A DNA stretch of 64,000 nucleotides from Gemmatimonas sp. (GTDB taxonomy: Bacteria > Gemmatimonadota > Gemmatimonadetes > Gemmatimonadales > Gemmatimonadaceae), in NCBI GenBank assembly GCA_965279375.1, contig OZ257156.1:1280001-1344000 (forward strand), written 5' to 3'. The notes beneath the pieces were generated by a model. It worked only from the letters and a program-made list of their open reading frames with translations. It did no database searches and had not been told where the DNA came from. The translations under genes and the position numbers were made by a program. Shown here piece by piece: positions 48,439-58,707 of the stretch (positions are counted from its first letter, which is position 1; every line of letters begins with the position of its first letter).

Positions 48439-49443
48439 GTGCCAGCATTCTGGATGGTTCGTGCAGGCGAAGCCGGTCGGATCGTGGCGGACTTCGAGCG
48501 TCTGAATCTCGTCGCGGTCGGCTGGTCTGCCGTGGGCGATCTGTCGCCATTTGCCTCGGTCGATGCGATGCGCGCGGCTGTTGCGCGCGCATATCCTGAG
48601 TCGAAGCCCGGCAACGTTGTCATCTCCGGAAGCACGCTCATGAAGTTCCGGAGCGTCTTTGCGCAGGGCGACCGCGTCGTCACGTACGATCCACCAGCAC
48701 GTGAATACCTGCTGGGCACCGTGAGCGGTGACTACGCCTTCCGACCTGGACTCATCCCGGACTATCCGCACACCCGCTCCGTTCGATGGAGCGGACGCGT
48801 GAGTCGCGATAGGCTGTCCGCGAGTGCCAAGAACACTCTCGGCAGTATCGTCACGCTGTTCCAGCCCAGCGACGAAGCCTTAGCTGAGCTCGAAGCACTG
48901 CTGAGCGGGAAGCCAGCACCGGTTGCGCCGCTCGTGATCGAAGAGGAGGAGAGCGCCGAGCTAAACGAGGTCCGACTGGACGCGGTCGCTAAGGCCCAGG
49001 AATTCCTGAAGGATCGACTGCTGCGGCTGTCTCCTGAGGAAATGGAGTCGTTGGTCGCGTCGCTACTGCGCGCGATGGGATACAAGGCCAGAGTCACTCA
49101 GAAGGGTCCGGATGGTGGCCGCGATGTCATCGCGTCACCCGACGGCCTCGGTTTTCAATCGCCGCGCATCATCGCGGAGGTGAAGCACCGCCCGCGGGAA
49201 CGGATGGGGCCTGAGCAGATCCGTAGCTTCCTAGGAGGGCTCCGCAGTGGTGACTGCGGGCTGTACGTCAGTATCGGCGGCTATACGCGCGAGGCGCGCT
49301 ACGAGGCAGACCGTGCGACCGTGCCCTTAACTCTCGTCACGCTCGACGATCTGGCGAATCTGATCGTGGAACACTACGAGTCGTTCGATGCCGAGGGCCG
49401 GACGCTCGTGCCTCTCGTCAAGGTGTACTGGCCGGTGTCGTAG
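48439..49443 (+). CDS. Mrr-like restriction endonuclease
   Basis: WMVRAG..VGW..GD N-domain; E.LVA.LL.AMGY...DGGRD...EVKH...GLYVS.GG. Confidence 0.9.
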   Translation: MPAFWMVRAGEAGRIVADFERLNLVAVGWSAVGDLSPFASVDAMRAAVARAYPESKPGNVVISGSTLMKFRSVFAQGDRVVTYDPPAREYLLGTVSGDYAFRPGLIPDYPHTRSVRWSGRVSRDRLSASAKNTLGSIVTLFQPSDEALAELEALLSGKPAPVAPLVIEEEESAELNEVRLDAVAKAQEFLKDRLLRLSPEEMESLVASLLRAMGYKARVTQKGPDGGRDVIASPDGLGFQSPRIIAEVKHRPRERMGPEQIRSFLGGLRSGDCGLYVSIGGYTREARYEADRATVPLTLVTLDDLANLIVEHYESFDAEGRTLVPLVKVYWPVS

Positions 49444-49451
49444 CGGGCACC

Positions 49452-49571
49452 ACCTAACCTTGCGTTGGTGCAGACAGCCGCTCAGCGGTGCGCCGTGTAA
49501 CTGCGGCGCTGGCGCGCCTGCGTTCACGGCTTCCTATTCTGAGCGGCCGCAGCACAACGCAATCGTTAGGC
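49452..49571 (+). repeat. attC family B
   Basis: ACCTAAC...GTTAGGC. Confidence 0.92.
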
Positions 49572-49608
49572 AGTCCCAACGTAACTACACTCCACACAGG
49601 ATACGCAC

Positions 49609-50154
49609 GTGCGGAAGATTCTACTTCTTGTAGCAGTGCTAACTCCAGCTATATCGGCATGTAGCCGCGACGCCGACGAAGCGCGAGAACTCGCTGTACT
49701 GAGAGCGAGGTTGGACTCCCTTCAACTAGTAGTGAAGAAGATCGAATTCGACGCGAAGTATGCCGATTTCTTCTCCAAGGTCGATGGGATCGCCTACCTT
49801 ACGCCAGGATCGTCAGGATACTCTCTCATCCAAAGCGATTTGGGCAAGCTCGCGGTCTCGCTTGAAGATGTTCGTCCGTATGCAAATGGAACCCGAATCG
49901 TCTTAAGCATTGGCAACCTTACCTCTGCCACAATCAACGGCGCAAAGGCGAGTATCGAGTGGGGGAGCGTGGACTCGGCTGGGTCTCCGAGGAATGAGGC
50001 GGCGAAGTCTCGCGATGCAACCTTCGCGGAACATCTCCCCGCGGGCGCCTGGACGCAGGTCCCTTTGGTACTCGACGGTGTCCTGCCGGCTGAGTTCGGC
50101 TTCGTTCGAATCAAGGATGTAACTCACACGGGTATCGGACTCCGAAAGCCGTAG
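49609..50154 (+). CDS. Lipoprotein, DUF3251/YajI-like
   Basis: ISAC lipobox; YLTPG...S.LG.L.VSL....YANG.R..L...WG. Confidence 0.75.
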   Translation: MRKILLLVAVLTPAISACSRDADEARELAVLRARLDSLQLVVKKIEFDAKYADFFSKVDGIAYLTPGSSGYSLIQSDLGKLAVSLEDVRPYANGTRIVLSIGNLTSATINGAKASIEWGSVDSAGSPRNEAAKSRDATFAEHLPAGAWTQVPLVLDGVLPAEFGFVRIKDVTHTGIGLRKP

Positions 50155-50254
50155 TCCGGCTGCCGACTAGTCCACGAGTCGCAACGCACTTCAAGTGTGC
50201 GAACAGCTGCACCTCGTAGAGTCTGTTTCTATCACAAGCAAGTACTCAATCTCA

Positions 50255-50860
50255 ATGAACGCTCAACTCACTCTCGAGTACGCAAAGCTTCTGCTTGGAT
50301 GGCCAATCGTGACGCTCGTCATCTCGACCATTTTCGTACGCACATTCCGCCCTCAGATCGCCTCGCTGCTCGAGCGCCCATTGAAGCTGGAGTGGCCAGG
50401 GGGAGGCGCTTCGTTCGGATCGCAGGATCGTGCGTCAAGAGCGGAGCTACAGGCGACTACCTCTGTACCAACTGTCCCATCGGCAGGCGTGGAGGTGAAG
50501 CTCCCTGATAGCATCTCAGCCACGTCGACAGGAGGTCAAGATGTGGTCCACCTGATTCAGTCGGAAAGAGCGAACGCCGCACTTTGGGAGTACCGCTACC
50601 TAAACCAGTTTCTGGTTAGATCAACTCAACTTGTTCTAGACTGGATCGCAGGGCTTCCGAATGGTATCTCGACAGCATTCTTCGACTCTCAACTTCAGGC
50701 GCACATTTCGCTCGCCAATGAGAGATTCGCGATTCTGAATGCACTGCAACGCCATCATCTGATCTCTGTTCGCGACGGGCTAATCCAAGTGACTGACAAA
50801 GGGAGAGAATACTTAAGCTGGCGTGGTCCGATGCCACCCATTCCGCCGGGGACTGCCTAA
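50255..50860 (+). CDS. Hypothetical protein, N-terminal TM and C-terminal wHTH-like segment
   Basis: WP-TM; LI......VTDKGREYL; stop in attC. Confidence 0.75.
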   Translation: MNAQLTLEYAKLLLGWPIVTLVISTIFVRTFRPQIASLLERPLKLEWPGGGASFGSQDRASRAELQATTSVPTVPSAGVEVKLPDSISATSTGGQDVVHLIQSERANAALWEYRYLNQFLVRSTQLVLDWIAGLPNGISTAFFDSQLQAHISLANERFAILNALQRHHLISVRDGLIQVTDKGREYLSWRGPMPPIPPGTA

Positions 50861-50973
50861 CCTTGCGTTGGTGCAGACAGCCGCTCAGCGGTGCGCCGTG
50901 TAACTGCGGCGCTGCCGCGCCTCCGTTCACGGCTTCCTATTTGAGCGGCTGCAGCACAACGCCATCGTTAGAC
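50855..50973 (+). repeat. attC family B
   Basis: GCCTAAC...GTTAGAC. Confidence 0.92.
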
Positions 50974-51127
50974 CGTGGCAACAGTCGGTGGCGTGTCCGC
51001 CAGCGCTCGCACGACATGGTCTCTGGAGTAATGGTTCGCCGGTCCCCACCCGCGACCGGATGGATCGGTCGGCAGCGGCAGCCGAGCGGGGCATGCCCGG
51101 CGCGCGGTTCGCAGGTAGATTTGGGCC

Positions 51128-51445
51128 ATGACGCCCTCGATCCTCACCCGCGCCGACGTGGAAGCCCGCGTGGCCGCCGCCCGCCCGGAGATTCTCCGGT
51201 TGGGCGTGCAGCGTCTGGCGCTTTTCGGCTCCGTGCAGCGGAACGAAGCGCGCGGCGATAGCGACGTGGACGTGTTGGTCGAGTTCGCCGCCGGCCAGAA
51301 GACCTTCGACCATCTCTTGGCGTTGGGGGAGCTGTTGGAAGGAGCGCTGGGCCACCGGGTGGAACTCGTCACAGCCGAATCGCTCTCCCCGTACCTGCGT
51401 CCCTACATCCTCACCGAAGCCCAGGATGTCCTTCGCGCCGCGTGA
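51128..51445 (+). CDS. MNT nucleotidyltransferase antitoxin
   Basis: LFGS..R......SDVD.LVEF. Confidence 0.93.
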   Translation: MTPSILTRADVEARVAAARPEILRLGVQRLALFGSVQRNEARGDSDVDVLVEFAAGQKTFDHLLALGELLEGALGHRVELVTAESLSPYLRPYILTEAQDVLRAA

Positions 51446-51764
51446 GTATCTGCGGCATATCGCGGACGAAGCGGCCTATCTCGAGCAGGCGACGAGTGGG
51501 GTGAGTCGGGACGCGTTCCTCGAGGATCCGACGCTGCAGCGCGCGTGCGTGCGCAGCTTCGAGATCATCGGCGAGGCGACCAAGAAGGTGCCCGCGGAGC
51601 TGCGGGCGGCGCACCCCGACGTGGCGTGGCGCGCGATGGCGGGCATGCGAGATCGCTTGATTCACGACTACTTCGGCGTGGATCTCGACCTCGTGTGGGA
51701 CGTGATTCAAGAGAAGATCCCGACGCTCCGCCGCCAGATCGAGCGGATTCTCGCCACGGTCTAA
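51426..51764 (+). CDS. HEPN (DUF86) toxin
   Basis: EIIGEA.K...W....[14 protein letters not shown]...VW. Confidence 0.93.
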   Translation: MSFAPREYLRHIADEAAYLEQATSGVSRDAFLEDPTLQRACVRSFEIIGEATKKVPAELRAAHPDVAWRAMAGMRDRLIHDYFGVDLDLVWDVIQEKIPTLRRQIERILATV

Positions 51765-51868
51765 CATCGCATTGCTGCAGACAGGGCCTGCACGGAGTGC
51801 GCCCTGTTCGCTGCGCTCACTGGTCGCATCCTATTGCAGGGCCCTGCTGCAGAATGCAATCGTTAGAC
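51759..51868 (+). repeat. attC family A
   Basis: GTCTAAC...GTTAGAC. Confidence 0.92.
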
Positions 51869-51887
51869 CGCACTCAATCCTAACTGC

Positions 51888-52799
51888 ATGATTCAGAAGT
51901 CCACTGTATTCGTCCTCGGTGCGGGCGCTTCACGCGCCTTTGGCTACCCAAGCGGATTGGAGCTGTGCGAGCTGCTCGCCGCGCCGGATCTCCAGGGAGG
52001 GCGCACCGGGCCGCTGCAGACGCTCCTGCAATCTGGATACGCTGAGCCTGACGTGCGGGCGTTTGCCGAAGCCTTACGCCTATCTGGCCGACTATCTGTT
52101 GATGCATTCCTAGAGCATCGCTCGGAGTTCCTTGCGATTGGAAAGGCGGCGATCGCGGCCGCTCTAATTCCATCCGAGGATCGCCTCAAGCTCTTTCAGC
52201 GAACAAACGGTCGGCAGTCGCTCTACGACTATATATGGGCAAAACTAAACGCGAAGCCTGAAGACTTTCATCGCAACCAAGTGGCGTTCGTGACATTCAA
52301 CTATGACCGCTCCTTGGAGGAGTACCTGACTATCGCGATTCAGAACTCGTATGGGTTGACGGCCGAGGATGCTGCGCACCTCTTGACCGCGATACCGATA
52401 CTCCACGTTCACGGTACTCTTGGCGCGCACCCGGCCTTCTCAAAGGAACGCACGAGGCCATACCAACCTATCGCGGACAGCGCTGCGCTCGAGCTCGCGA
52501 CGAGAACTGTCCGCATCATTCACGAGCCGGAGGATGTAAGTGCAGGCTTTCAGGACGCGCGCAACGCAATGAGTATGTGCGAACAGGTTGTTTTTCTTGG
52601 TTTTGGCTACGATCCGACCAATCTCGGTCGGCTGAAGGTTCGTGAGATACCCCAACGCGTAGCGAACTATGGCACGTCTTTGGGACTCACACAGCTTGAA
52701 CGTTCCGCCGTCGCACAAGCGTTTGATCACCGAATCACGCTAGGTGCAGAGGATGAGGACGCGCTCGGGTTTCTTCGCAGGGCCGTCCCGCTCCAATAG
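51888..52799 (+). CDS. SIR2-like protein
   Basis: VLGAGAS...P, TFNYD, HVHG, FLGFGY...N. Confidence 0.87.
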   Translation: MIQKSTVFVLGAGASRAFGYPSGLELCELLAAPDLQGGRTGPLQTLLQSGYAEPDVRAFAEALRLSGRLSVDAFLEHRSEFLAIGKAAIAAALIPSEDRLKLFQRTNGRQSLYDYIWAKLNAKPEDFHRNQVAFVTFNYDRSLEEYLTIAIQNSYGLTAEDAAHLLTAIPILHVHGTLGAHPAFSKERTRPYQPIADSAALELATRTVRIIHEPEDVSAGFQDARNAMSMCEQVVFLGFGYDPTNLGRLKVREIPQRVANYGTSLGLTQLERSAVAQAFDHRITLGAEDEDALGFLRRAVPLQ

Positions 52800-52807
52800 G
52801 TCGTGCG

Positions 52808-52920
52808 GTCTAACCTTGCGTTGCGCTCGACAGGGCCTTCAAGGAGTGCGGCCTATTGCTCGCTGCGCTCGCTGGCCGCATCCTATTGAAGGGCCCTGCA
52901 AGCGAACGCGATCGTTAGGC
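52808..52920 (+). repeat. attC family A
   Basis: GTCTAAC...GTTAGGC. Confidence 0.92.
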
Positions 52921-52942
52921 GGCGGGCGGCACACCATTGATC

Positions 52943-53398
52943 ATGACCCCGTCAATCCTCGATCCGTCGACGCTGCTCCCCCATCGCTTTCCGTTCCTGT
53001 TGGTGGATCGGATTGACGCCGTTGATCCAGGGAAATCCGCGCATGGGACGAAACTGATAACCGGGGCGGAATGGCTGATCGGGCACACGCGCGCGACCGG
53101 TGGGCTGCGGGCGATGCCCCATCTGCTCATCGTCGAAGCATTAGCTCAGCTATCGGGGGCGGTCCTGGCTGGCCTGCTGCCGGAGAGTGCGGGGGCCATC
53201 GGCTACTTCCTCGGAATCAACGCCGCCCACTTTCGCGGGGAGGCGCGGCCGGGCGACGTGCTCGCGCTCCACGTCGAACTGCGCGCGTTTCGCCGCGGCC
53301 TCTGTCGTACCTACGGCGTGGCGCGGGTTGGCACGCAGCGCGTCGTGCGCGCGGAGCTGACGTCCGTGCTGCGCCCTGCCGACGGGCTGGCGCGCTAG
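52943..53398 (+). CDS. FabZ-like 3-hydroxyacyl-ACP dehydratase (copy 1)
   Basis: LPHRFPFLLVDRI...GH...MP..LIVEALAQ...PGD.L. Confidence 0.88.
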   Translation: MTPSILDPSTLLPHRFPFLLVDRIDAVDPGKSAHGTKLITGAEWLIGHTRATGGLRAMPHLLIVEALAQLSGAVLAGLLPESAGAIGYFLGINAAHFRGEARPGDVLALHVELRAFRRGLCRTYGVARVGTQRVVRAELTSVLRPADGLAR

Positions 53399-53538
53399 CG
53401 CTTCGCGGACTTCCATGTCATCGTGCCCGCGTGGGGCGCATTGCAGATCGTATCGCGGTCAGACGGCGGGTAACCGGCTCGTCTGGGAGCTTCGTCCACC
53501 GCCGGTGCGCGTGACCGGGAATCGGCGCGGGCCCGACC

Positions 53539-53649
53539 GCCTAACATCGCATTGCTGCAGACAGGGCCTCCACGGATTGCACGCTTGCTCGCTGTGCTCA
53601 CCGCGTGCAACCTATGGGAGGGCCCTGCTGCAGAATGCAATCGTTAGAT
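53539..53649 (+). repeat. attC family A
   Basis: GCCTAAC...GTTAGAT. Confidence 0.92.
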
Positions 53650-54027
53650 TGCCTCGCGCCCGTTCCAGGGGAGGTGGACGCCGTTCGCGGGCTCTGCACG
53701 GTGCGGTGGCGGTGATGTCGGGGCGCGACGCGTGAGGATTGCGTACGGGTCGCGCCCACGGTCGCATCAGGTGAGGGCGCCATCGGTATCGTGCTGGATC
53801 TGCTGGCAGCGACCACCCCAGGCTTGCGCGGTGCGGCCGACTGTGCGTGGTGCGCGTTCCACTGGCGAAGGGTGCCCCCGACTGGCAAACCGCCGTCGAT
53901 GATCCTTGAGCGACCGCGCACCGAATGGCGGAGGCGTAGGCCAGAGTCGATCACCTACACAGCGCGGACGACGGGGGCGACGTCACGCTCGGCTGGCCGC
54001 CCCTCGGCGCGACGCACTCGTTCGGCG

Positions 54028-55251
54028 TTATCGGGTTTCCCACCGCGTCCACGCTCGACGCTCTGAGCCGTCCGGCGCGCGCACGACGATGTGCCGGTGC
54101 TCTAGGCCGTGGCTGTGGTCGATCAATCCAGTTTCGAAAACCCGCAACCTCTGCTCGCGGATGTCGCGTGGGTACAAGGATTCCCAAATGAAGTCACCGG
54201 GGGCCTTGTATAGGCGCACCTCTTCCGTTGGGAAAAACTCTCGTTCGCTGACCTGACGCTCCGTGAAATCGGCTTGGAGCAGAATCACCGAGTCGGTGGC
54301 GGCCACGCGGCGCATGTCGATCTTCCGTATACCCGTGACCTGATCGATGCCGCGCCCCACCAGCGTCGAATCATCCTGAAGGGGCGCGACATAGAATGGG
54401 GCATCGAAGTTCTTGCTGTCATCCCACGCATCGCCCGTGCGCTGGATTGGCGTTAGCAGCACTGCCGTCGAGCCGCCACCTCCTTTGACCGGTACGAGTT
54501 CCCCGTGATAGACGATTTGCGCGTACCCGACGCTCAGAATCGCATGGTAGGCTCCCCCGTCTTTCGTCACAAGCATGTACGCGTCCTTGGTCTCAAAGCG
54601 CCCAGCCCACGTCCCCACCACGGCGCGCGCAATCCGGCGCCCTTCGATCACGCGTTGCTGCGCGGCGAGGCGATTCTGCTCGGCCTGCTCTGCCCTGACC
54701 GCCTCCTCAGCGCGCTGCCGCTGGTCATCGGTCACCCGCTGCTGTTCCGCCGCCATCGCGGCGCTCTGCTGCTGGTTGTAAATAAACGTGCTCGCGAGAA
54801 GCAGCGAGAAAGAGCACACCGGAATCCAAATATCTCGATGCCGGTTGCTGCCACGCACCACCATCGCCACGATGGCGACGCCGCTCGCGATGGCGATGAT
54901 GTAGGCCGCCACGAGCACCGCAGCGGCAATGGTATCCCGCAGCGCGTCAAGCGCGGCGCCGAGGAAAACGAGCACCACAAACACGGCCAAGAGCCCGCCG
55001 GCGGCGTTCCCGCTATCGGAGGACTCGCCACCCCCCGAAGAATTCCTCCCCGCGCCTTCCGACGAGCTGGTGGAGGACGGGCGGTGCGCCACGCCATAGT
55101 CGAAGCCTTTGTTGTAGATGTCGTTCTCGCGAGGGTTCGTGGTGTACCCCTTGGTGAGCGAGTGCATGACCTGCTCACCAACGTCCGCTTCTTGGCCCGC
55201 GCGAACGCCCGCCTCGTAGACCTCATCGTCTCGACCTTTTCCGGCACTCAT
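54028..55251 (-). CDS. Membrane protein: 3 TM, coiled coil, beta-rich C-domain (inverted)
   Basis: GGAGGA RBS; only plausible ORF in cassette. Confidence 0.75.
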   Translation of the reverse strand: MSAGKGRDDEVYEAGVRAGQEADVGEQVMHSLTKGYTTNPRENDIYNKGFDYGVAHRPSSTSSSEGAGRNSSGGGESSDSGNAAGGLLAVFVVLVFLGAALDALRDTIAAAVLVAAYIIAIASGVAIVAMVVRGSNRHRDIWIPVCSFSLLLASTFIYNQQQSAAMAAEQQRVTDDQRQRAEEAVRAEQAEQNRLAAQQRVIEGRRIARAVVGTWAGRFETKDAYMLVTKDGGAYHAILSVGYAQIVYHGELVPVKGGGGSTAVLLTPIQRTGDAWDDSKNFDAPFYVAPLQDDSTLVGRGIDQVTGIRKIDMRRVAATDSVILLQADFTERQVSEREFFPTEEVRLYKAPGDFIWESLYPRDIREQRLRVFETGLIDHSHGLEHRHIVVRAPDGSERRAWTRWETR

Positions 55252-55691
55252 TGTCCTCCCCCCCATGCTCGACACGGTGGCTCATTGACCGCACAGTGAT
55301 TCAGTCGGCGGCGCCCTGCGCGCCACGCAGCCGTGTGGACGCGTTCGCCGTGTCAGCACCGCCGGCCCAGAATTGAACGGGGCCGACGCGTCCCCGCTAG
55401 GCGTGAGCTTCGCAAATAGCAACCGCCTAGCCCGCTCGAACATCCGGTCGCAGGCGCGGCATGCGGATTCGCTCTTGGTTTGGAATTCTTCACCGGTGCG
55501 CGCCGATGGCGCTGCACTAATATCGGCACGCGCGTCATCGTGGTGATCCCCCGGAGTGCGCCGGATCCGAGTTCGTACAACGGCCGCCGTTCGCGGTCGC
55601 CGAGACGGTCTTTGACGAGTATGATTTCGGTGGCTGCAGTCTGGCTTCGATGGAGGTCACCTATCCGCTAGCGTCCTCGAACGAGTCGGCA

Positions 55692-55804
55692 ATCTAACCT
55701 TGCGTTGCTGCTGACAGGGCCTTCAAAGATTGCGGCCTGTTGCTCGCTGCGCTCGCTGGCCGCAACTTATAGAAGGGCCCTGCAGCAGAACGCGAGCGTT
55801 AGAT
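55692..55804 (+). repeat. attC family A
   Basis: ATCTAAC...GTTAGAT. Confidence 0.92.
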
Positions 55805-55945
55805 GGCGGCTCAGAGACTGGTGTGATCGCGAGCGAGTAGTGCGAGATTGTGTGAGTGGTGTTGCGGGAATCCGGCATTGTGGTGTCGGTCGTCTGTCGC
55901 TGGTGGCGCCCTACAAGCTTCGTGACTTCCAATGGGAGGTGTGTA

Positions 55946-56239
55946 ATGGCCGAAACGCAGGACGTGCCGCGTGCAGCGACGTCCCCGGAAGGCCGCGTCC
56001 TGCGTCTCGTCGGGGCACTGATTGCGGGGATTGACCTCGTGCTCGCGTGGTCTGACAAGCGCGCTGGGCACGCCGTGCCGTGGAGCGCGTGGGCGAAGCC
56101 GCTCTGGCTGGTGGCCCTGCTGGTGCTCGCGGAACCGAGCGTCGCGCAGCGCTGGCCGCAACGACAGCGCGTCGGCGTAGTCGTGCTGGGAGTGGTCGGG
56201 GTGTGTCTCGTCGTCTTGCGCCTCGCCACGCGCGACTAG
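55946..56239 (+). CDS. Small 3-TM membrane protein (copy 4, identical protein to 14627)
   Basis: Cassette duplicate of 14479-15253. Confidence 0.8.
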   Translation: MAETQDVPRAATSPEGRVLRLVGALIAGIDLVLAWSDKRAGHAVPWSAWAKPLWLVALLVLAEPSVAQRWPQRQRVGVVVLGVVGVCLVVLRLATRD

Positions 56240-56453
56240 TCGCGCAGTCGCGCGCACTTCGGCGAATCCGCAAACCATTGTGCGCCGTGACGCGCTCTCC
56301 CGCTCGGGCCGGTCCGACAACGCAAGGTCGCACTGACCGACCGGACCTCCCCGCCGATGCCGGGGCCGTGTGACGGTGTCCGGTTCGCGTTCCCGCGAGT
56401 TCGCACCGCGCGACGGGCCCGCGCACGCGCGACATCACGCACGACTTGCCGCC

Positions 56454-56572
56454 ATCTAACCTCGCGTTGTTGCAGCCAGCCGCTCAGCGGTGCGCCGTGT
56501 AACTGCGGCGCTGGCGCGCCTCCGTTCACGGCTTCCTATTTGAGCAGCTGCTGCAAAACGCAATCGTTAGAG
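56454..56572 (+). repeat. attC family B
   Basis: ATCTAAC...GTTAGAG. Confidence 0.92.
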
Positions 56573-56604
56573 AGCCCACCGCCCCCACATCCAAACATCG
56601 GCTC

Positions 56605-57309
56605 GTGAACCTCGCGGTCTTCGATATCGACGGCACGCTGCTCAACAATCTGGCCGGGGAAGACGCGTGCTACGCGCAGGCGCTACGCGAGCAGTTGGCG
56701 CTGGAAGACCTCGACACCGACTGGGCCAGTTACGAGCACGTGTCCGACGATGGCATCGCGACCGAGGCCTACGCGCGGGCGTATGGATGCCCCCCGACCG
56801 CCGTGCTGCGTACCGCGACGATTGATCACTTCGTGGCGCTCCTGCGCGCGGCTCATGTGTCGTCCGCGCCGCTGGTTGCCTTGCGCGGTGCGCACGAGTT
56901 GCTCACCGCGCTCCCGGCGCGCCGGTGGGCGGTCGCGTTGGCGACCGGGGCGTGGCGTCGCGCAGCGGAGTACAAGCTCGCGGCGGCGGGACTGCCGATC
57001 GCCGACGTGCCGCTGGCGACGTCGGAAGATGGTCCGGCCCGCGTGGCGATCGTCACCAGCGCCATCGCACGCGCGCAGGCTCAGTGGGGCGTCCCCGAGT
57101 TTGCCCGCGTGATCGCGATCGGCGATGGGGTCTGGGACGTGCGGGCGGCAGAGGCGCTCGCCCTACCGTTCGCTGGGGTGGGCGTGGGGCCATCGGTCGC
57201 TCGCTTGCGCGGAGCGGGGGCATCGCACATCATCGCGGACTACGCGGATCTGGCGGGCACGCTCCGAGTGTTCGACGAGGTGCAAGTTCCTCGCAGGGCG
57301 GCTCTCTAA
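56605..57309 (+). CDS. HAD-superfamily hydrolase (copy 5)
   Basis: Matches copy 3 except intact DIDGT. Confidence 0.9.
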   Translation: MNLAVFDIDGTLLNNLAGEDACYAQALREQLALEDLDTDWASYEHVSDDGIATEAYARAYGCPPTAVLRTATIDHFVALLRAAHVSSAPLVALRGAHELLTALPARRWAVALATGAWRRAAEYKLAAAGLPIADVPLATSEDGPARVAIVTSAIARAQAQWGVPEFARVIAIGDGVWDVRAAEALALPFAGVGVGPSVARLRGAGASHIIADYADLAGTLRVFDEVQVPRRAAL

Positions 57310-57413
57310 CCCGGCGTTGCGGCAGTCAGGGCCTTCAGGGATGGCTCCCTGTTCGCTGCGCTCACTGGTCGCATCCTATTGAAGGGCCCTGCTGCCGAAC
57401 GCAATCGTTAGGC
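57304..57413 (+). repeat. attC family A
   Basis: CTCTAAC...GTTAGGC. Confidence 0.92.
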
Positions 57414-57426
57414 GGCATCTCCACCG

Positions 57427-58056
57427 ATGGACTCATCTCAAATCCTGACAATGAAGAATCTTCGACAGCAAGAGTTGCTCGACCTCTCCAAGTGTCCACA
57501 CTGCAGAGTCGCGTCTCCCCTGATGCAGCGAATTCACACGTTCTACTTCAAGGGTATGGTCGCGACTGAGACGAAGGACTGGACGCTCTACATGTGTCGA
57601 TCTTGCGGTCAGCCAACGATGGCTGGCGGCACTCATGGTACAGGAGGGACGGTTGACACTCTTATTCCGCAGCCAAGAGAGATCGATGATCAAATTCCAG
57701 AACGTCCTCGGACCTATCTTCAGCAAGCCATGGACACGATCCATTCGCCGGCGGCATCGGTCATGGTCTCGGCGAGTGCAATAGACTCAATGCTCAAGAC
57801 GAAAGGTCTTGTGAAAGGCAGTCTTTACACACGCATTGATGAGGCCGCCACCCAGCACCTTATTACAAGAGAGATGGCGGCTTGGGCTCATGACATTCGA
57901 CTCGACGCCAACGATGAGCGCCATGCTGATACTGAGGCAGTGACGAGTACGTCAGACGACGCGCATCGGTGTTTAGCATTCGCTATCGCGCTTGCAGAGT
58001 ATCTGTTTGTGTTGCCAGCGCGAGTAGAGCGCGGACGAGGCGGGAATTCTGCGTAG
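57427..58056 (+). CDS. Zn-ribbon + DUF4145 (HEPN-related) protein
   Basis: CPHC...CRSC; L..RI......I......AH.IR..AN...H. Confidence 0.85.
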   Translation: MDSSQILTMKNLRQQELLDLSKCPHCRVASPLMQRIHTFYFKGMVATETKDWTLYMCRSCGQPTMAGGTHGTGGTVDTLIPQPREIDDQIPERPRTYLQQAMDTIHSPAASVMVSASAIDSMLKTKGLVKGSLYTRIDEAATQHLITREMAAWAHDIRLDANDERHADTEAVTSTSDDAHRCLAFAIALAEYLFVLPARVERGRGGNSA

Positions 58057-58119
58057 CTGCCACGATGTGCCGCCAGTTGGCTTGTCGCTTCGAATCAAGA
58101 GCCGCGCGAACGACATGCC

Positions 58120-58229
58120 GCCTAACAGTGCGTTGCTCTTGACAGGGCCGCTATTGATTGCTCCCTGTTCGCTGCGCTCACTGGTCGCATTTTGTTGAAC
58201 GGCCCTGCAAGAGAACGCGAGCGTTAGGC
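58120..58229 (+). repeat. attC family A
   Basis: GCCTAAC...GTTAGGC. Confidence 0.92.
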
Positions 58230-58251
58230 GGCGGGCGGCAAATCACTGATC

Positions 58252-58707
58252 ATGACCCCATCGATCCTCGATCCCACGACGCTGCTGCCGCATCGCTTTC
58301 CGTTCCTCTTGGTGGATCGGATTGTCGACGTGGATCCCGGGAAGTCCGCGCAGGGCACGAAACTGGTGACCGGCTCGGAATGGCTGATCGGGCACACGTG
58401 CGCGACCGGGGGGCTGCGGGCGATGCCGCATCTCCTCATCGTCGAAGCGTTGGCGCAGCTCTCGGGGGCGGTCCTGGCCGGCCTGCTGCCGGCGAGCGCG
58501 GGGGCGATCGGCTACTTCCTCGGGATCAACGCGGCGCACTTTCGCGGGGAGGCGCGGCCGGGGGACGTCCTCGCGCTCCACGTCGAACTGCGCGCGTTTC
58601 GCCGGGGCCTGTGTCGCACCTACGGCGTGGCGCGGGTTGGCACGCAGCGCGTCGTGCGCGCGGAGCTGACATCCGTGCTGCGCCCGGCCGACGGGCCGGC
58701 GCGCTAG
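58252..58707 (+). CDS. FabZ-like dehydratase (copy 2)
   Basis: Paralog of 52943..53398. Confidence 0.88.
   Translation: MTPSILDPTTLLPHRFPFLLVDRIVDVDPGKSAQGTKLVTGSEWLIGHTCATGGLRAMPHLLIVEALAQLSGAVLAGLLPASAGAIGYFLGINAAHFRGEARPGDVLALHVELRAFRRGLCRTYGVARVGTQRVVRAELTSVLRPADGPAR

Noticed and set aside
682..57309. Diversity-generating retroelement behind the variant HAD copies or the 171-bp repeats
   Set aside because: No RT is present, differences are not adenine-specific, and the copies are whole cassettes or in-frame tandem units
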